The notes under the pieces are model-generated. The model was not told the DNA's origin. It searched no databases and was given only the letters and a program-made list of their open reading frames with translations. A stretch of DNA of 64,000 nucleotides from positions 5,890,001 to 5,954,000 of the forward strand of contig OX597833.1 in the NCBI GenBank assembly GCA_951406725.2, written 5' to 3'. Positions 1 to 13,299 of the stretch are shown piece by piece. The number at the start of each line of letters is the position of its first letter. The stretch's first letter is position 1. The stretch is from Octopus vulgaris. Its lineage: Eukaryota. Both the position numbers and the translations under genes were made by a program.

Positions 1-862
1 TTTTGGAACGTCTTCTGACGGCTTTGCATGTTTTATTTCTTTCTTTCGTAATTTCTTTGCATTAGTGTACACATCAAAAAGACAATCCGGGATTCCTGAC
101 ATTGCTTCCGAACCGTGTGGGCATTTAGTGTTAAATATATCTCAGCATGATCTTTCTAACATCGAGGTACTTCATCTATATCTGCATGTATGGCACCCTC
201 TCTTTATCTGTTTGTTTGTTATTTGTTAGAATTAGGAGCCACAATAGATCGACATTTCGGGATTCTTGGCATTCCTTCCCGGTTGTGTGATTTAGTGCCA
301 AAATTTTCCTTAAATAATCTTTACAAAATTGAGGTATCTTGTCTATATCTGTATGTATGGTAATCTCTCTTTATCTGATTATCTTTTATTCCTGACATTT
401 CTTCTGGGTTGTGTGAAGATTTAGTGTTAAAATGCTTTTTTAAAAAACGATCTTTCCAAACTTAAGGTACCTTATCTATATCTGCGAGTATGGTACCCTC
501 TTTTGATCTTTTCCAGCGTTATACATATTTATGTTCTCCATTTCATCGACAGACGTGAAAAAGAAAATTTCTTGAATTCAGCTTTTGCTTCTTCCCTTTT
601 GTCTTGTAAATTCCCGTTGTCTCGGAATTCTAAAAATTGTTTTGCCTTATTTCTTTAGTCTTATGTACCATTTTGATTCTGGATTATTCCACGTTTCTCT
701 TATTCGATTGTTCGCTACTTACAAACAATCTCTATAACAAATGGTAAAACCATCACTTGTTTTCCAGCTTCCAATTCGTTGTCGTTCCTTCTCTTGTTTT
801 GTTTGTTGCTCTTCTCAGACACAAACACACACACACACACACACACACTTTTTCTCTTTTGC

Positions 863-1228
863 ACTCCGTCGGTTACGACGACGAGGGTTCCGGTTGATCC
901 GAATCAACGGAACAGCCTGCTCGTGAAATTAACGTGTAAGTGGCTGAGCACTCCACTGACACGTATACCCTTAACGTAGTTCTCGGGGAAATTCAGCGTG
1001 ACACAGACGGTGACAAGGCCGGCCCTTTGAAATACAGGTACAACAGAAACAGGAAGTAAGAGTGAGAGAAAGTTGTGGTGAAAGAGTACAGCAGGGATCA
1101 CCACCATCCCCTGCCGGAGCCTCGTGGAGCTTTAGGTGTTTTCGCTCAATAAACACTCTGGAAATCGAAACCGCGATCCTATGACCGCGAGTCCGCTGCC
1201 CTAACCACTAGGCCATTGCGCCTCCACA
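863..1228 (-). mobile_element. tRNA-derived SINE, octopus OR1/OR2-like, tail type A
   Basis: Minus strand reads TGTGGAGGCGCAATGGCCTAGTGGTTAGGGCAGCGGACTCGCGG (tRNA-like A box, B-box-like GGTTTCGATT). Near-identical to the copy at 35171-35559. Confidence 0.85.
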
Positions 1229-1596
1229 CACACACACACACTTCATCGACGTCACTCATTTCTGTATGTATGCTTTGCTTTTCTCCTTTGAAACATATTT
1301 CAAGTTGTTTCCATTTCCGAATTTAACCCCATCAAAAAGAGTGGCAAAGCTCTTTTTTCTAAGTCAAGACAGCTCTTGGGATTTATCGTTTGGTTAATGT
1401 AATCATATATGAGTTAGCAGCGGTGCCCTTCTATGTGTGCGTGTTGTGCGTATGTGTACGTACGCATAAACCTAGACTCGGAGGTGTACGTAACGCGAGA
1501 GAATGCAACTGCGATTACATGCATTTGTTCATCAGGGAACACCAAATGGAGAATTCCTGGAATATTTTACAAATTTTCGCTGTTTTTCTGATCGAG

Positions 1597-1682
1597 TGTA
1601 TGTATGTATGTATGTATGTATGTATGTATGTATGTATGTATGTATTTATGTATGTATGTATGTATGTATGTATGTATGTATG

Positions 1683-1713
<31 letters not shown>

Positions 1714-1738
1714 GTATGTATGTATGTATGTATGTATG

Positions 1739-1769
<31 letters not shown>

Positions 1770-1886
1770 GTATGTATGTATGTATGTATGTATGTGTGTA
1801 TGTATGTATGTAAGTATGTATGTAAGTATGTATGTATGTATGTATGTAAGTATGTATGTATGTATGTATGTATGTATGTATGTATG

Positions 1887-1917
<31 letters not shown>

Positions 1918-1923
1918 GTATGT
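1597..1923. repeat. (TGTA)n microsatellite
   Basis: Direct reading. It produces the spurious MYVC ORFs. Confidence 0.97.
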
Positions 1924-2078
1924 ATCTATCTATCTATCTAGTTAAATAAAACATAAAGATGATGGTTTGCATCGGGAAAGTTGTATTATTTGTAAAAAGT
2001 GAAAGAATGAGTAAAAATATTGGCATGCTTGGGAAGTGGAGGTTTTCGGCGTTTTGGACAGAGTCCCTCAATAACTGA

Positions 2079-2100
2079 TATCTATCTATCTATCTATCTA

Positions 2101-2186
<86 letters not shown>

Positions 2187-2646
2187 ATATATATTATGTA
2201 TGTATGTATGTATGTATAAATGTATGTATGTATGTATAAATGTATATATATATGTATATATATATGTGTGTGTGTATGTATGTATGAATGTATAAATGTA
2301 CGTATACATATATGTATGTATGTATAAATGAATATATACATATATATATGTACATATATATATATGGCAGAGATACATAAGATTGAATAGATGATCGAGA
2401 AGAGAGAAAGAGGTTGAGAGATACCTAGCGCAACGGGAAGAAGAACCATCGGAAGTGTCTAAAATTATAAGATCCGAAATGGCCTGGAATTCTGCACAAT
2501 ACCCGCATGCAACATGAAGAATACATTCATACATACATACGTACATACATACATACATACATACATACATACATACATACATACATACATACACGTGCAC
2601 ACAGACACACACACACATATATATATATATAACATGCTCATGTGCG

Positions 2647-2744
<98 letters not shown>

Positions 2745-2879
2745 GTAAATATATATATATCTCCGATGACCGGATAACTGAAGAGATGGTGCTGTGGATT
2801 TCCACCTCGGCATCCGAAACTCAGAGTTTTATCTTGGCTACCGAATAATTGTCACATATTATTTTTACATATATATATC

Positions 2880-2924
<45 letters not shown>

Positions 2925-2934
2925 TATATATATC

Positions 2935-2970
<36 letters not shown>
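2079..2970. repeat. Compound (TA)n/(TACA)n/(CTAT)n microsatellite field with short embedded modules
   Basis: Direct reading. Confidence 0.92.
2772..2834 (+). ncRNA. Putative type-I hammerhead ribozyme
   Basis: GGATAA-CTGAAGA-GATG...CATCC-GAA-ACTCAGAGT-T-TTATCT. Stem I is GGATAA/TTATCT and the core is intact. Stem II has a one-base bulge, stem III is the near-palindrome ACTC-A-GAGT, and the triplet is GUU. Confidence 0.65.
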
Positions 2971-2971
<1 letters not shown>

Positions 2972-3467
2972 CTTGTTCAAGAGAAAGTGGCAGTGCTCTA
3001 CATGTCCGTTTGTTACAAGAATTCCAAGAATTTCTACTGATGTCCTCGCAGACATATCTTCTGTGCTGCATCTACTCCCAGGTTAAGGTCAATCTTTTCA
3101 AGCTTTCTTCTTGGATGTTTGTCTCTGTCCTCAATCTCCCAACTAGAGTCAAAAACTTTATGGTTTTGTTATCTTCTCTATTGAAACACTTGAGGATTTC
3201 ACTCTTCTGCTCGGTATAATACTGAACCTTTACCTATCTTTGTTTCATTTTACTTAGGTGAAAATTGATGTTCCACGAAGATTGCAAAATAACTTTATCT
3301 TTTTGGTCAAGGACTGCGATATTCAAGCTTTTGCGTTGTATCCTTGTGTAAGAAAATCCCACAACAACCGCAGGTCATAGTTTAGGACGGCTTGAATTTT
3401 TATTCCTAGAAAATGATTCTAGCTTTTTCTGAAAAATTCCAGTGCATTGTTGCAGAAACCTCATCAT

Positions 3468-3842
3468 GCAGGAGTGGCTGTGTGCTAAGGAGCTTGCTTA
3501 CCGACAACATGGTTCCGGGTTCAGTCCCATGACATGGCACCTTGGGCAACCGACCAAAGCCTTGTGAGTGGATTTGGTAGACGGAAACTGAAAGAAGACC
3601 GTCGTATATATGTATATATATATGTATGTGAGTGTATATGTTTGTGTGTCTGTGTTTGTTCCCCTAGCATTGCTTGACAACCGATACTGGTGTGTTTACG
3701 TCCCCGTATCTTAGCGGTTCGGCAAAAGAGACCGATAAAATAAGTACTAAGCTTACAAAGAATAAGTCCCGGGGTCGATTTGCTCGACTAAAGGCGGTGC
3801 CCCAGCATGGCCGTAGTCAAATGACTGAAACAAGTAAAAGAG
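3468..3842 (+). mobile_element. tRNA-derived CORE-like SINE with internal (TA/TG)n
   Basis: Head GCAGGAGTGGCTGTGTG..GGTTCAGTCCCA, CORE-like ACCTTGGGCAA, tail GCATGGCCG..GAAACAAGTAAAAGAG. About 9 copies in the window. Confidence 0.85.
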
Positions 3843-4617
3843 ATGCCTACACAGTTTGCATTCATTTTGAGATGACTGTGGACATTCCGATACAATATTA
3901 CCTTTAATTTCAGCTGAATCATTACTCATTCTGCACTTGGAGCTATCCTCTTGTTCATCTATCGTGCTCTTGGTCCAATTCACTCTTAGTGCCTCTTCCT
4001 ATGCTACCAATATTATTCCATCTGTTTCCTTCTTCATTAATCGTTTCTTAAACCATAGTCAGCTGTTTTCCTCATTCCGTATCACGTATTCTTTGAAAAA
4101 TGCTGAGCGGAGCTTTTCAAAGTTTGAGTTTCTCTTTTCCACACTTTTCTGGGATTTTTTGCCCCTTTTTCTTTTGGTGTTTCCACATCCAACACGTTAG
4201 TCTTCACTTATTACCTCCCTTACCGAGTGCATCTTCATTTCTTGGAGATTGAAAAGAAGAATAATCTTCTCTAGCTCTACTTTCTCTTTGACACTCATCA
4301 ACCCTCTTCTTTCGTTTGTTCTTTTCCACTATACCTGGTCCCTATAAGACCGGAGATGAATGACTCTACGCATCGGGAGCTGCTTCGTTGTTTTGACTTG
4401 GTTGCCGACAGCATTCAGCTCATCCTTTCTTCATTCAATTATTCTCGTTCCATACCTAAATAATGATTGCATTCATGATGAGACTTCCTGCATTCCAGTT
4501 GGGTTTTACAATGTTCTTCCGTCTGAAAAAAATGTACTTTACTGAATTTCCTTCATTTCCATTCTTTTGATTTTGTCGCGTTTCATTTGCACTTCTTCTG
4601 CATCGAATGATTTCCTA

Positions 4618-4997
4618 TTATTACCTACCTCCGCCTTAGCGAAGGCGGAGGTATTGTTTTCAGTCGTGTTTGCTTGTTTGTTTGTCCGTGGACAAGATAT
4701 CTCAAGAACCGCTCGATGGATTCGGACGAAACTTTCAGGGATGTTTGGCCTCGTGACTGGCACGAACTGATTAGATTTTGGGATCGACCCGGAAATGGAC
4801 AAGGATGCTGCATTCTTTTTCCGTTGCTTTTTTTTCTTAATTTTTGAGAGCGGTCGGGTTCATGTTTAGTATTCCCGTTCGTGAGAGCAGTCGAGTTTAT
4901 TTCAGATATTCTCATTTTAAAACTCATCTCTGGTTAATCGTTGAGAGGACGATGGTGTTGCCTTGGCGAGGGTTTGCGCTCTCTGAGAGCTCTTGTT
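4618..4997 (+). mobile_element. Non-autonomous Helentron-associated element (HINE/DINE-like)
   Basis: 5' ACCTCCGCCTTAGCGAAGGCGGAGGT hairpin/subTIR followed by GTTT repeats. 3' CCTTGGCGAGGG subTIR plus GCTCTCTGAGAGC hairpin. T-rich flanks. Confidence 0.7.
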
Positions 4998-5559
4998 GTT
5001 CTTGTTATAGTTATCTCTACAGTTATTAAAAGTGCCCTCTACAGGGTATTGACTTATAAAAACGTTCATTATATTTTATAGTATATTACGGTTGCATAAC
5101 GAACTACCGTGTACCTACAAGTCATTAGCATTAGGTAGATCTATTCTAATACTTTTTCTGAGTTTCCCCGTTTCATCCATAACATTGCAGAATTTTCGAT
5201 TCCGAAAGTCATGCCGATGTCATAACTAAAATTCTTACTGTTTGCACTCAGGAACTCAACTGGTTTTTATCTTTGGCACAAAAGCTTACATCATCCATTT
5301 ACAGGGCTGATTCATTCCAACCAATTCTTTCTCAATGAGTATCCTTACCTTTGTTTAGTAAACTCGACAAAAGAATCTGTGCAATTACACACAAGACGGG
5401 AGAAAGGTTTCGCCTTGAAATACCTTTTTATCTGCTATTTCTTTATTTCCCACCTTTTTATCTGCATCACAGATAAGCTTTCCTTTCTTGATGTTAGCTC
5501 TACGCTCCAATGGCGCTACGCGTATTTTTTTTAGCGGATATACAATCTTTTTCAATATC

Positions 5560-5850
5560 TCGAAGATCCACGAGTGTTGGACTAGATCGAATACTTTTCA
5601 ATAATCGATAAAAACAATGCACAAATTAGTCGATCTTGGCCTGCAATTTCCCAGGATCTTCTTGTTGATCATTAATTAGTTCTTCGTCCCTCTGCTCTAT
5701 TTATTTCAGGTGTTCTGTTCACCATGCATTAAGTGTTTCTTATGTAGGTGTTGATACACCTCTTCCGCAATTAACCCTATTAAGAGTTTTCTCGTGATTA
5801 GCAGACACGTAATTGGCTTGTAATTTGAGGCAGCATTTCCTTCAATTTGT
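5560..5850 (-). pseudogene. Degenerate RT fragment of Dong/R4-type LINE
   Basis: Minus strand translates to NYKPITCLLITRKLLIGLIAEEVYQHL..EQ..SRGTKN*LMINK (RT domains 1-2, with stops). Confidence 0.7.
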
Positions 5851-5961
5851 TTGAAGGAAATCCTTGGATAGGAACTCTTTTAATTATATCACCATGGTTT
5901 CATGGAAGGTCATAAACCCATTTATCCAGTGCTTATGGACTTATTATTATTATTATTATTA

Positions 5962-7141
5962 CTTTTTTTTTTCTTCTTTCAAATTTGCTTCTATTTCTTG
6001 CCGAGTGTCTTCCCGACTCCTAGGGCAAAGAAACTCATAGCATACATTGGTAGGCCATTAAACCAAACTCAGTAGTCCGTTAATTTTTTTTTTTATTTTT
6101 TTTTTTAAGTTAAATTAAAATACACGAGCAGCAACAGTTCTCACATCGACAATGCACTTCTCAATACGTGTGATGTACCAGTTAAGACAATCTTTTGCAC
6201 TTCTTGCAGGGATGGTAAGCCAGGGATCATTCTCATATAATTTTCGGTTCCCTTCTTGATCATTCCTAGTGCTCCTACGATCACTGGTATTGTAACCGCC
6301 TTGAGATGCCACATTTTCTCAATTTCAATGAGTAGGTCTTTATATTTTCTGAGCTTGTCAAACTCTTTCGCTGAGATATTATGATCACAGGGGATGCTCA
6401 TGTCGATCAATAAGCAAACTTTATTGTTTTGGTCTTTCACAACAATATCTGGTTTATTGGCCTTGATGGTTCGGTCTGTATGTACTGGAAAGTCCCACAG
6501 AATGGTTACATTTTCTCCTTCAGTTACAGCCTCAGGGTGGTGATTATACCACTTGTCGGCAGTTTTGATATTGTAATGCCGACTTATTAGCCAGTGTAGA
6601 TATTGGCCAACTCTGTCATGTCTTAATTTATACTCCACTGGTGCTAAGACTTTACATCCAGAGATTAGGTGGTCCACTGTTTCAATCATGTCGTTGCAGA
6701 ATCGGCATTTTGGGTCTGCTCCATTTTTCATCACATTGGCCTGGTAGTTCCGGGTTAATAGGCTTTGATCTTGAGCAGCCAGGATGAAACCTTCGCTCTC
6801 TGCTTTTAGCCCTGAGCTCCTTAGCCACTGATGGGTTTGCTTCTGGTCAACATCAGCTTGTTTGCTGCGGGTCACATATTTGCCGTGCAGAGGTTTCTCC
6901 TCCCACCTATCAGCCAATTGCTCGTGCGCTTTCTTCATTGCCATCATTTTCACCTTCTTTGCAACAATAGTTGCCGTACTTCCCTCGGGTTGTTCAGTTT
7001 GGGTATCCTGCACGAGATCAATAGCAAATCTTTTGCTTTCCTTTATGATAGAATGAAGCTTCTTTCGTCTCTCGTGATTTTCCACGAGCTTTAGCATCCA
7101 GTCATTCGATATTTCGAGATATTTGGCCAGTCCAATTGTGG

Positions 7142-7142
<1 letters not shown>
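5962..7142 (-). mobile_element. 5'-truncated Dong/R4-clade non-LTR retrotransposon with CCHC finger and RLE endonuclease; ORF 6141-7097 open
   Basis: LAAQDQSLLTRNY, CRFC..ETVDHLISGC, RHDRV, KPDIV..LLIDMSIP..KY.DL, PVIVGALG. Flanked on both sides by (TTA)n. Confidence 0.92.
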
Positions 7143-7216
<74 letters not shown>

Positions 7217-7325
7217 TCTTTTTATCACAGGTTTTGTTGGAACTCTTGGAGTCATGTATGCGTAGTGGGCTTACTACCTGCAGCCTACGGTACCATGCTA
7301 TTCGTTCTTTACAACTATTTAATAC

Positions 7326-7560
7326 TTACCTGACTATTCTGGTCTTGCCAAGGAGGCAAACCTTTTGTAACAGTTCTACTGGACATTCTATTCCGATTTT
7401 CTTTATATTCTTGACACCTTCTGGTACTGTCTCCAAGGACCCAACAATAAGTGGCATCATCTTCACCTTCTTCATTTTCCATAGCCGGGCTATTTCGTTC
7501 TTAAGAGAGTTGTATTTATCAACTTTTTTGTCTTCCTTCTTGACTATTCGTGGGTCAAAG
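7326..7560 (-). pseudogene. Older Dong/R4-type RLE C-terminal fragment
   Basis: KEDKKVDKYNSLKNEIARLWKMKKVKMMPLIVGSL..LQKVCLLGKTRIVR. Confidence 0.8.
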
Positions 7561-7825
7561 GGGCAAAAACAGTGAAATAAAGTTGGTTGACTATGTATAT
7601 TCGTAAACACATCGTCCAGTGTTATTGCGGTATACTGGAAGCTATTCCAGAATTTCAAAGTCCTTGCACTAATCATTGACCTTACATTGGGTTCGTCTGT
7701 CCTGACACATCATATATTTTCTCCTGTTGAGTCTCTAGTAATCTTCGCCACCAGACAAGCTTAGAGAGGAAGCCGGTTTAGTCACTGACGATCCGACAAT
7801 GCAACATGTTGTGCCGGACTATATG

Positions 7826-8100
7826 TTACCAGCTGAGCATTCGTGAGCAACTAGACATAAGTATTAAAACGTTTCTCTTAAAGCAATATATCATAAAGGT
7901 ATATACTGTTGATGGGGCATATATAAGGGTTGCTGTAATTACATAGAAAATGAGAGTTTTTGCGCAACTAGAACTCATTCTATAAAAGATCCTATGATAT
8001 CTATGTTCTGTTGGGAAATGCTCATTTATAAGGTTCAAGAAAACACTAGCAATACAGGAACAAATTTTTAAACTATGGGAGGGAATATATAATAATTAAA
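7826..8100 (-). pseudogene. Penelope-like element remnant (RT/GIY-YIG linker and C-terminus)
   Basis: LNLINEHFPTEHRYHRIFYRMSSSC resembles the Penelope motif FLxLIDKHFP..H..HKIFNR....SYSC. Confidence 0.65.
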
Positions 8101-8129
8101 AAACCCTTCTCAATGGTCTGAACCAAGAA

Positions 8130-8740
8130 AGCACAGGTACCCGCATGTTGCTTGGCGGTGAATGGAACTGGGATGGAGCAGAAGGACAGTTTCATATATC
8201 TGGGAAGTTGGATAACATCAGATGGAAGGTCAGATAAGGACATCAAGTGCGGAACTGGATTAGCAGAGGAGATTTTTATGGGTATGAGGAGGATTTTTTG
8301 TGGAAAGAGAATTGGAATGGAAGTCAAGAAAAGACTATTGAAGTGCTACATCATTTGGTCGGTGCTAACGTGTGGATGTGAGTCTTGGACGATAAGCAAA
8401 GCGATGGAGAAGAGACTCAAAGATGCAGAAATGTGGTTTTACAGAAAAATGCTTAGAATCTATTTCGTGGGTCAAGAGGGTGGCGAATGTGGAAGCGTTG
8501 GAGAAGATGGAAGTGAAGAGACAGTTGATGGATTTTATCAGAGAGAGACAGTGGAGATTTGTTGGTCATTTTCTCGGAGAGGGTGACGGAATGGAGCGTT
8601 ACATGGCGGAGACTGAGGTGGTGGGAAGGAGACCGAGAGGAAGGCGGAGGATGAAGAAGAGAGTGAAAGTGCAGAGCGAGAAAGACCTGGGTGATGTTGC
8701 AAGAGACAGAAATAAACGGAGGAGGAACAAGCCATGATTC
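8130..8740 (+). mobile_element. RTE-clade LINE 3' fragment, frameshifted
   Basis: SFIYLGSWIT..GCESWTISK..EMWFYRKMLRI / SWVKRVANVE..GRRPRGRRR. Confidence 0.88.
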
Positions 8741-8904
8741 GTCAAAGACTTGAATATGCCAAGACACAAGAGAGAGAGAGAGAGAGAGAGAGAGTGAGTG
8801 AGAGATAGAGAGAGAGAGTGAGAGATAGAGAGAGTGTGAGAGAGAGAATATATAAGATACATCTTTTAGTTTCTTAGGTTTTTTATCTATTTATATACGT
8901 ATAT

Positions 8905-9207
8905 TGTGGAGGCGCAATGGCCTAGTGGTTAGGGCAGCGGACTCGCGGTCGTAGGATCGCGGTTTCGATTCCCAGACCGGGCGTTGTGAGTGTTTATTGA
9001 GCGAAAACACCTAAAAGCTCCACGAGGCTCCGACAGGGGGGGGGGTGATCCCTGCTGTACTCTTTCACCACTCTTTCTCCCATTCTTTCTTCTGTTGGCC
9101 TGCTCGCTTAGCCAGTGGGGTGGCGTCATTCAAAGGCTAAAACAATGCGAACACATTGTGACCAGCGATGTGTAACTACATGTGATGGACTGGTCGGTCA
9201 CGTGATG
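8905..9207 (+). mobile_element. OR-like SINE, tail type B
   Basis: Same head as 863-1228 with a different tail ending GGTCACGTGAT. Probable TSD ACGTATATT. Confidence 0.85.
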
Positions 9208-9656
9208 GTGATAGTGATGATACACGTATATTTTTAGTATCGTTGTTTATGATTTGTATTTGTCATTACAGTTATTACCTTATCATTCATTGTTATAGAA
9301 AGGACAGCAAGGTTATCCTTACAGGATAAGCTGTATATTCTGTTATTAATGTTATAAACTAGTTTCCAAAGATTATCTGAGGATAGTCTAGTTTATACGA
9401 ATATGCTGCAATTTCTCGTCAACTTTTCCATACATGCGGTAATTACAGGTATAGATAAGGAATTAATTATGCTTCGATCCGCTCATCCCACAATCCTAAA
9501 CATGATCAAGTTAAACTCCTTTCTCAGAGCATACCTTCAATGATTCGTCTATCATAACAGTAAAGCGCAAAACACGCGGACCATCGGTGAAAATAAATAA
9601 TTACAAAATTCTGTAAGATTACTCATAGCTATTTTTTTTATGAGAATGGCTACTAA

Positions 9657-10180
9657 TCTATAAATATAAAACTATAGTTGTGTGAGTGTCTGTCCCCTTC
9701 GATTTAGATTCCTAACTACTCCCACATTTTGCGGTGCAGTTTAACCAAATTCGGGTATCTTATAGTCGTGATTCATATCGAGCCCGTCTGAGTATTAGTG
9801 CGCGTCTACGATGAGTCTACGATTTTAAAAATAATTTAACATCATTTTTTATTCCATTTTAATGCATAATTTTTCGTGTGTCGATGGCGGCGGAGTTGGC
9901 GTCCATGGTCACACCTGCACCTGTTTGCTTCTCCCCCTTCTTCCCTCCCTCGTGAAGCTGTGGGGAAGGGAGTGTAAGGAAATCAACGTCGTAAAGCGTT
10001 ATCAAGGAGACCAGCGTTCTTTTAGAACAACGACTTCATGGCTTGAAGACACCAAAATTACCATCATTTTTTATTCCATTTTTAATGAATTTTTTTGCTA
10101 TTTTTTTGCTATTACTCACAAAAAATGCTTATATAGTTATTTCCCTTACAAACCCGAGCAACGCCGGGCGATACTGCTAG
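9657..10180 (+). mobile_element. Non-autonomous Helitron
   Basis: Starts A|TC(TATA) and ends CTAG|T, with subterminal hairpin CCCGAGCAACGCCGGG and no TSD. Confidence 0.8.
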
Positions 10181-10716
10181 TAAATAATAAATAATTTCTG
10201 ACTTCTGAGATAATCGGATGAGACCAAGCTTCAAATGACTTAAGCTGATGTTTGTTTCATCATGAAAATACAGGTTGATACAGGTCGCACACTCACAAAC
10301 GTTTACTGTTTAATCTATCACTCCATAACTGTCTTATCAAAGTACAATCTTTCTTTTTTCTTTTTCTGTTCTCGTTGGTCACCTGGTCTTTATTTTCCAG
10401 TTGGACATCCAGTGATAGACATAAGTTCTTCTTTTCTCGCGGGCAGAACTCTTCTTTTGATCATGGAGAGGCAAAGCTCGTCTTACGGTTGTTCAGAACA
10501 CATTGACACCCATTATTTTCTATTATTATTTTGTCTGTGAACGCAACAGATATTTTCAGCCTTCAGTTTAATCGTTCTTTGTTTCATTGTGAATTAAAAA
10601 AATATTTATACAAATAAAAAGATTTAAAATTTTCTAGTCAATCCACTTCACTTCCATGACTGATGGCTACTTATATTATTAATCAGAGACCTGATAAAAT
10701 ATTAAACTGACTATAG

Positions 10717-10901
<185 letters not shown>

Positions 10902-11153
10902 CTTTTTTTTCTCTTCTTTCAAATTTGTTTCCATTTCTTGCCGAGTGTCTTCCCGACTCCTAGGGCAAAGAAACTCATAGTATACATTGGTAGGCCATTG
11001 AACTAAACTCACTAGTTCGTTCATTTTTTTTTAAAGTTAAATTAAAATACATGAGTAGTAATAGTTCTCACATCGACAATGCTCTTCTCAATGCGTGTCA
11101 TGTACCAGCTAAGACAATCTTTTGCACTTCTTGCAGGAATGGTAAGCCAGGGA
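10902..11153 (-). mobile_element. Short 3' copy of the same Dong/R4 LINE as 5962-7142
   Basis: Closely matches about 5965-6227 (IPGLPFLQEVQKIVLAGT plus 3' UTR). (TTA)n on both sides. Confidence 0.88.
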
Positions 11154-11196
<43 letters not shown>

Positions 11197-11754
11197 GAGT
11201 GAGAGAGCAGTGCATGCCATCAAAGTGACACTGGGGTAAAATATACGAAGCGCAATATACCCATCATGACTACCCATCATGACTACCTGTCTGATAAAGG
11301 CATATGCATCACAACCATATGTGCGCGACATGGTGATCTCATATCAAGATAAACAGCACATGACCTTGCAGGTGGGGCCCAGTTAGAATTTTCTTCAGGT
11401 TGAGTAGCCCATCCCGCTCAAAAGGTCCCTGAATAAGGGTTGTTTAAGGATGTTGAAAGAACCACCCATGTTTCCAGAGGTGAATCATTCAAACCCCAAA
11501 GAATCCCTCTCAACACATGGCTATGATGCTCCCCCACTACTTCTGCTCGTGATCAGAGATGCACATATCGTCAGCCACTAAGGGACATGCTCAACTGGTT
11601 AAGGTCAAACAACTGACAAGCAAATCTGTGGTATTGAGCAGAATATTTGCTGTAGCCCATCTTTTATACCAAGACAAAACAATGTACATGATAACACTTC
11701 CAATCAGTTAAGATCAGAAGCCATGAGAGCCACTGCCTGGTACTGCATCAGGGC

Positions 11755-11757
<3 letters not shown>
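11197..11757. mobile_element. About 560-bp non-coding module inserted in (TTA)n
   Basis: Sharp (TTA)n borders on both sides and no convincing ORF. Confidence 0.55.
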
Positions 11758-11817
<60 letters not shown>

Positions 11818-11820
<3 letters not shown>

Positions 11821-11990
11821 AGCACCGAGCTGGCAGATTCGTTAAGCATACCAAGCAAAATGCATTGCGACATTTCGTCCGTTCTGAGTTGAAAATGCCA
11901 CCAAGGTCGACTTTACCTTCCGTCCTTTTGGGCTCGATGAAATTACTACGAGACGAGCACTGGGGGTCATGCAATCGAGTACCCCCCACC
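11818..11990 (+). mobile_element. Diverged Meta-domain-like SINE
   Basis: GAGCTGGCAGATTCGTTAAGC..GGTCGACTTTACCTTCCGTCC. Confidence 0.7.
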
Positions 11991-12117
11991 ACCACTATAG
12001 TAGAGAGGATTGTTAATTTTTTTCATTATGTGTAAACCCCAACACTTTTGTACTGTTCCCCTCATCCTTCGCCCAGGTGGTAAATATCGAAATCATCATT
12101 ATCATCATAATCATCAT

Positions 12118-12186
<69 letters not shown>

Positions 12187-12466
12187 TCTTCTTCTTATTA
12201 TTATCATTCCACATCCTTTATTCAAGTAACCAGGTTCAGATAAAATCCATGTTAAATCCAGAAGTTAATATATTTTTTTAATTATTCCCTTCAGTTCATA
12301 TAATCTTTATATTTCTAATTAAACTAATCCTTTTTTTCATAAGCATTGTCTTTCCATTAGCGCAGTCTCTCATTATCTCCAACGGTCGTCTACACACCCG
12401 TGCACATATAGACGCGCATACATATAAATATATATACATATATAAAACATATACATATATGTATAC

Positions 12467-12580
<114 letters not shown>

Positions 12581-13299
12581 GCCTGTATATATATATGTGT
12601 GTGTATGTGTAAGAGTTTTTTGCCTGTCTCAACCTGTACTAACATTAGCGAGACACTGTAACCTTATTTGGGACATGGTTTAAGTCACAACTCCAGCACC
12701 AGCCTTAATATTAATTCATTAAAAAAATTTTTAAATGTGCCTCTTCTGCTTAACATCTAAAAATTAACCCAAACACATCTCAGCCCAAACGCATCCCAGC
12801 CCACCCGGTTGATATTGTGGGTATTACGGATTTGGGGTGTATTATGTGCGGCCTATCACATGATGAGTCTTTCATAGTCACCTTCCTTGACATCAAAACA
12901 TTAAGACAGATATTTGAGGACTTTGCTATTAGCATATGCCCAGACCACACTCTACTGTGATTTGTGAACGTATATAAATCTAAGCTTTCTCGGGTGAGAG
13001 AGCAAGAAGAATCAAGAAAATTAAAAGCGTAAATAAAAATATGAAATAGCTAAAATTTTACCAGAAGCAACATCACCATTCTGCAACAAAGACGTTTGAA
13101 TCAAGCGATAGCAGCGCCGTATCAATTTTTGGAGAAGCATTAATACTCATAGACACACAGTTGTTTAATGGAGTATTAAGAAAACTAGACCTTTCGCTCG
13201 AAATATTCTATTCATTTTCCAAAGAAATATACGTAAAGCACACAAGACATACAGCCAATGGTTTTTTGTTGTAAGTGCATGGTCAATCAACGGGAGAAA

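Noticed and set aside
1390-3219. MYVC/YIYI/THTH/LSIY ORFs here and throughout the window
   Set aside because: Microsatellite artefacts.
3880-4610. Possible old LINE remnant
   Set aside because: Too degenerate to assign by eye. The same applies to 520-790, 38200-38600 and 43540-43800.
7785-7830. CTGACGA plus hairpin next to the Penelope remnant
   Set aside because: The GAAA half of the core is missing.
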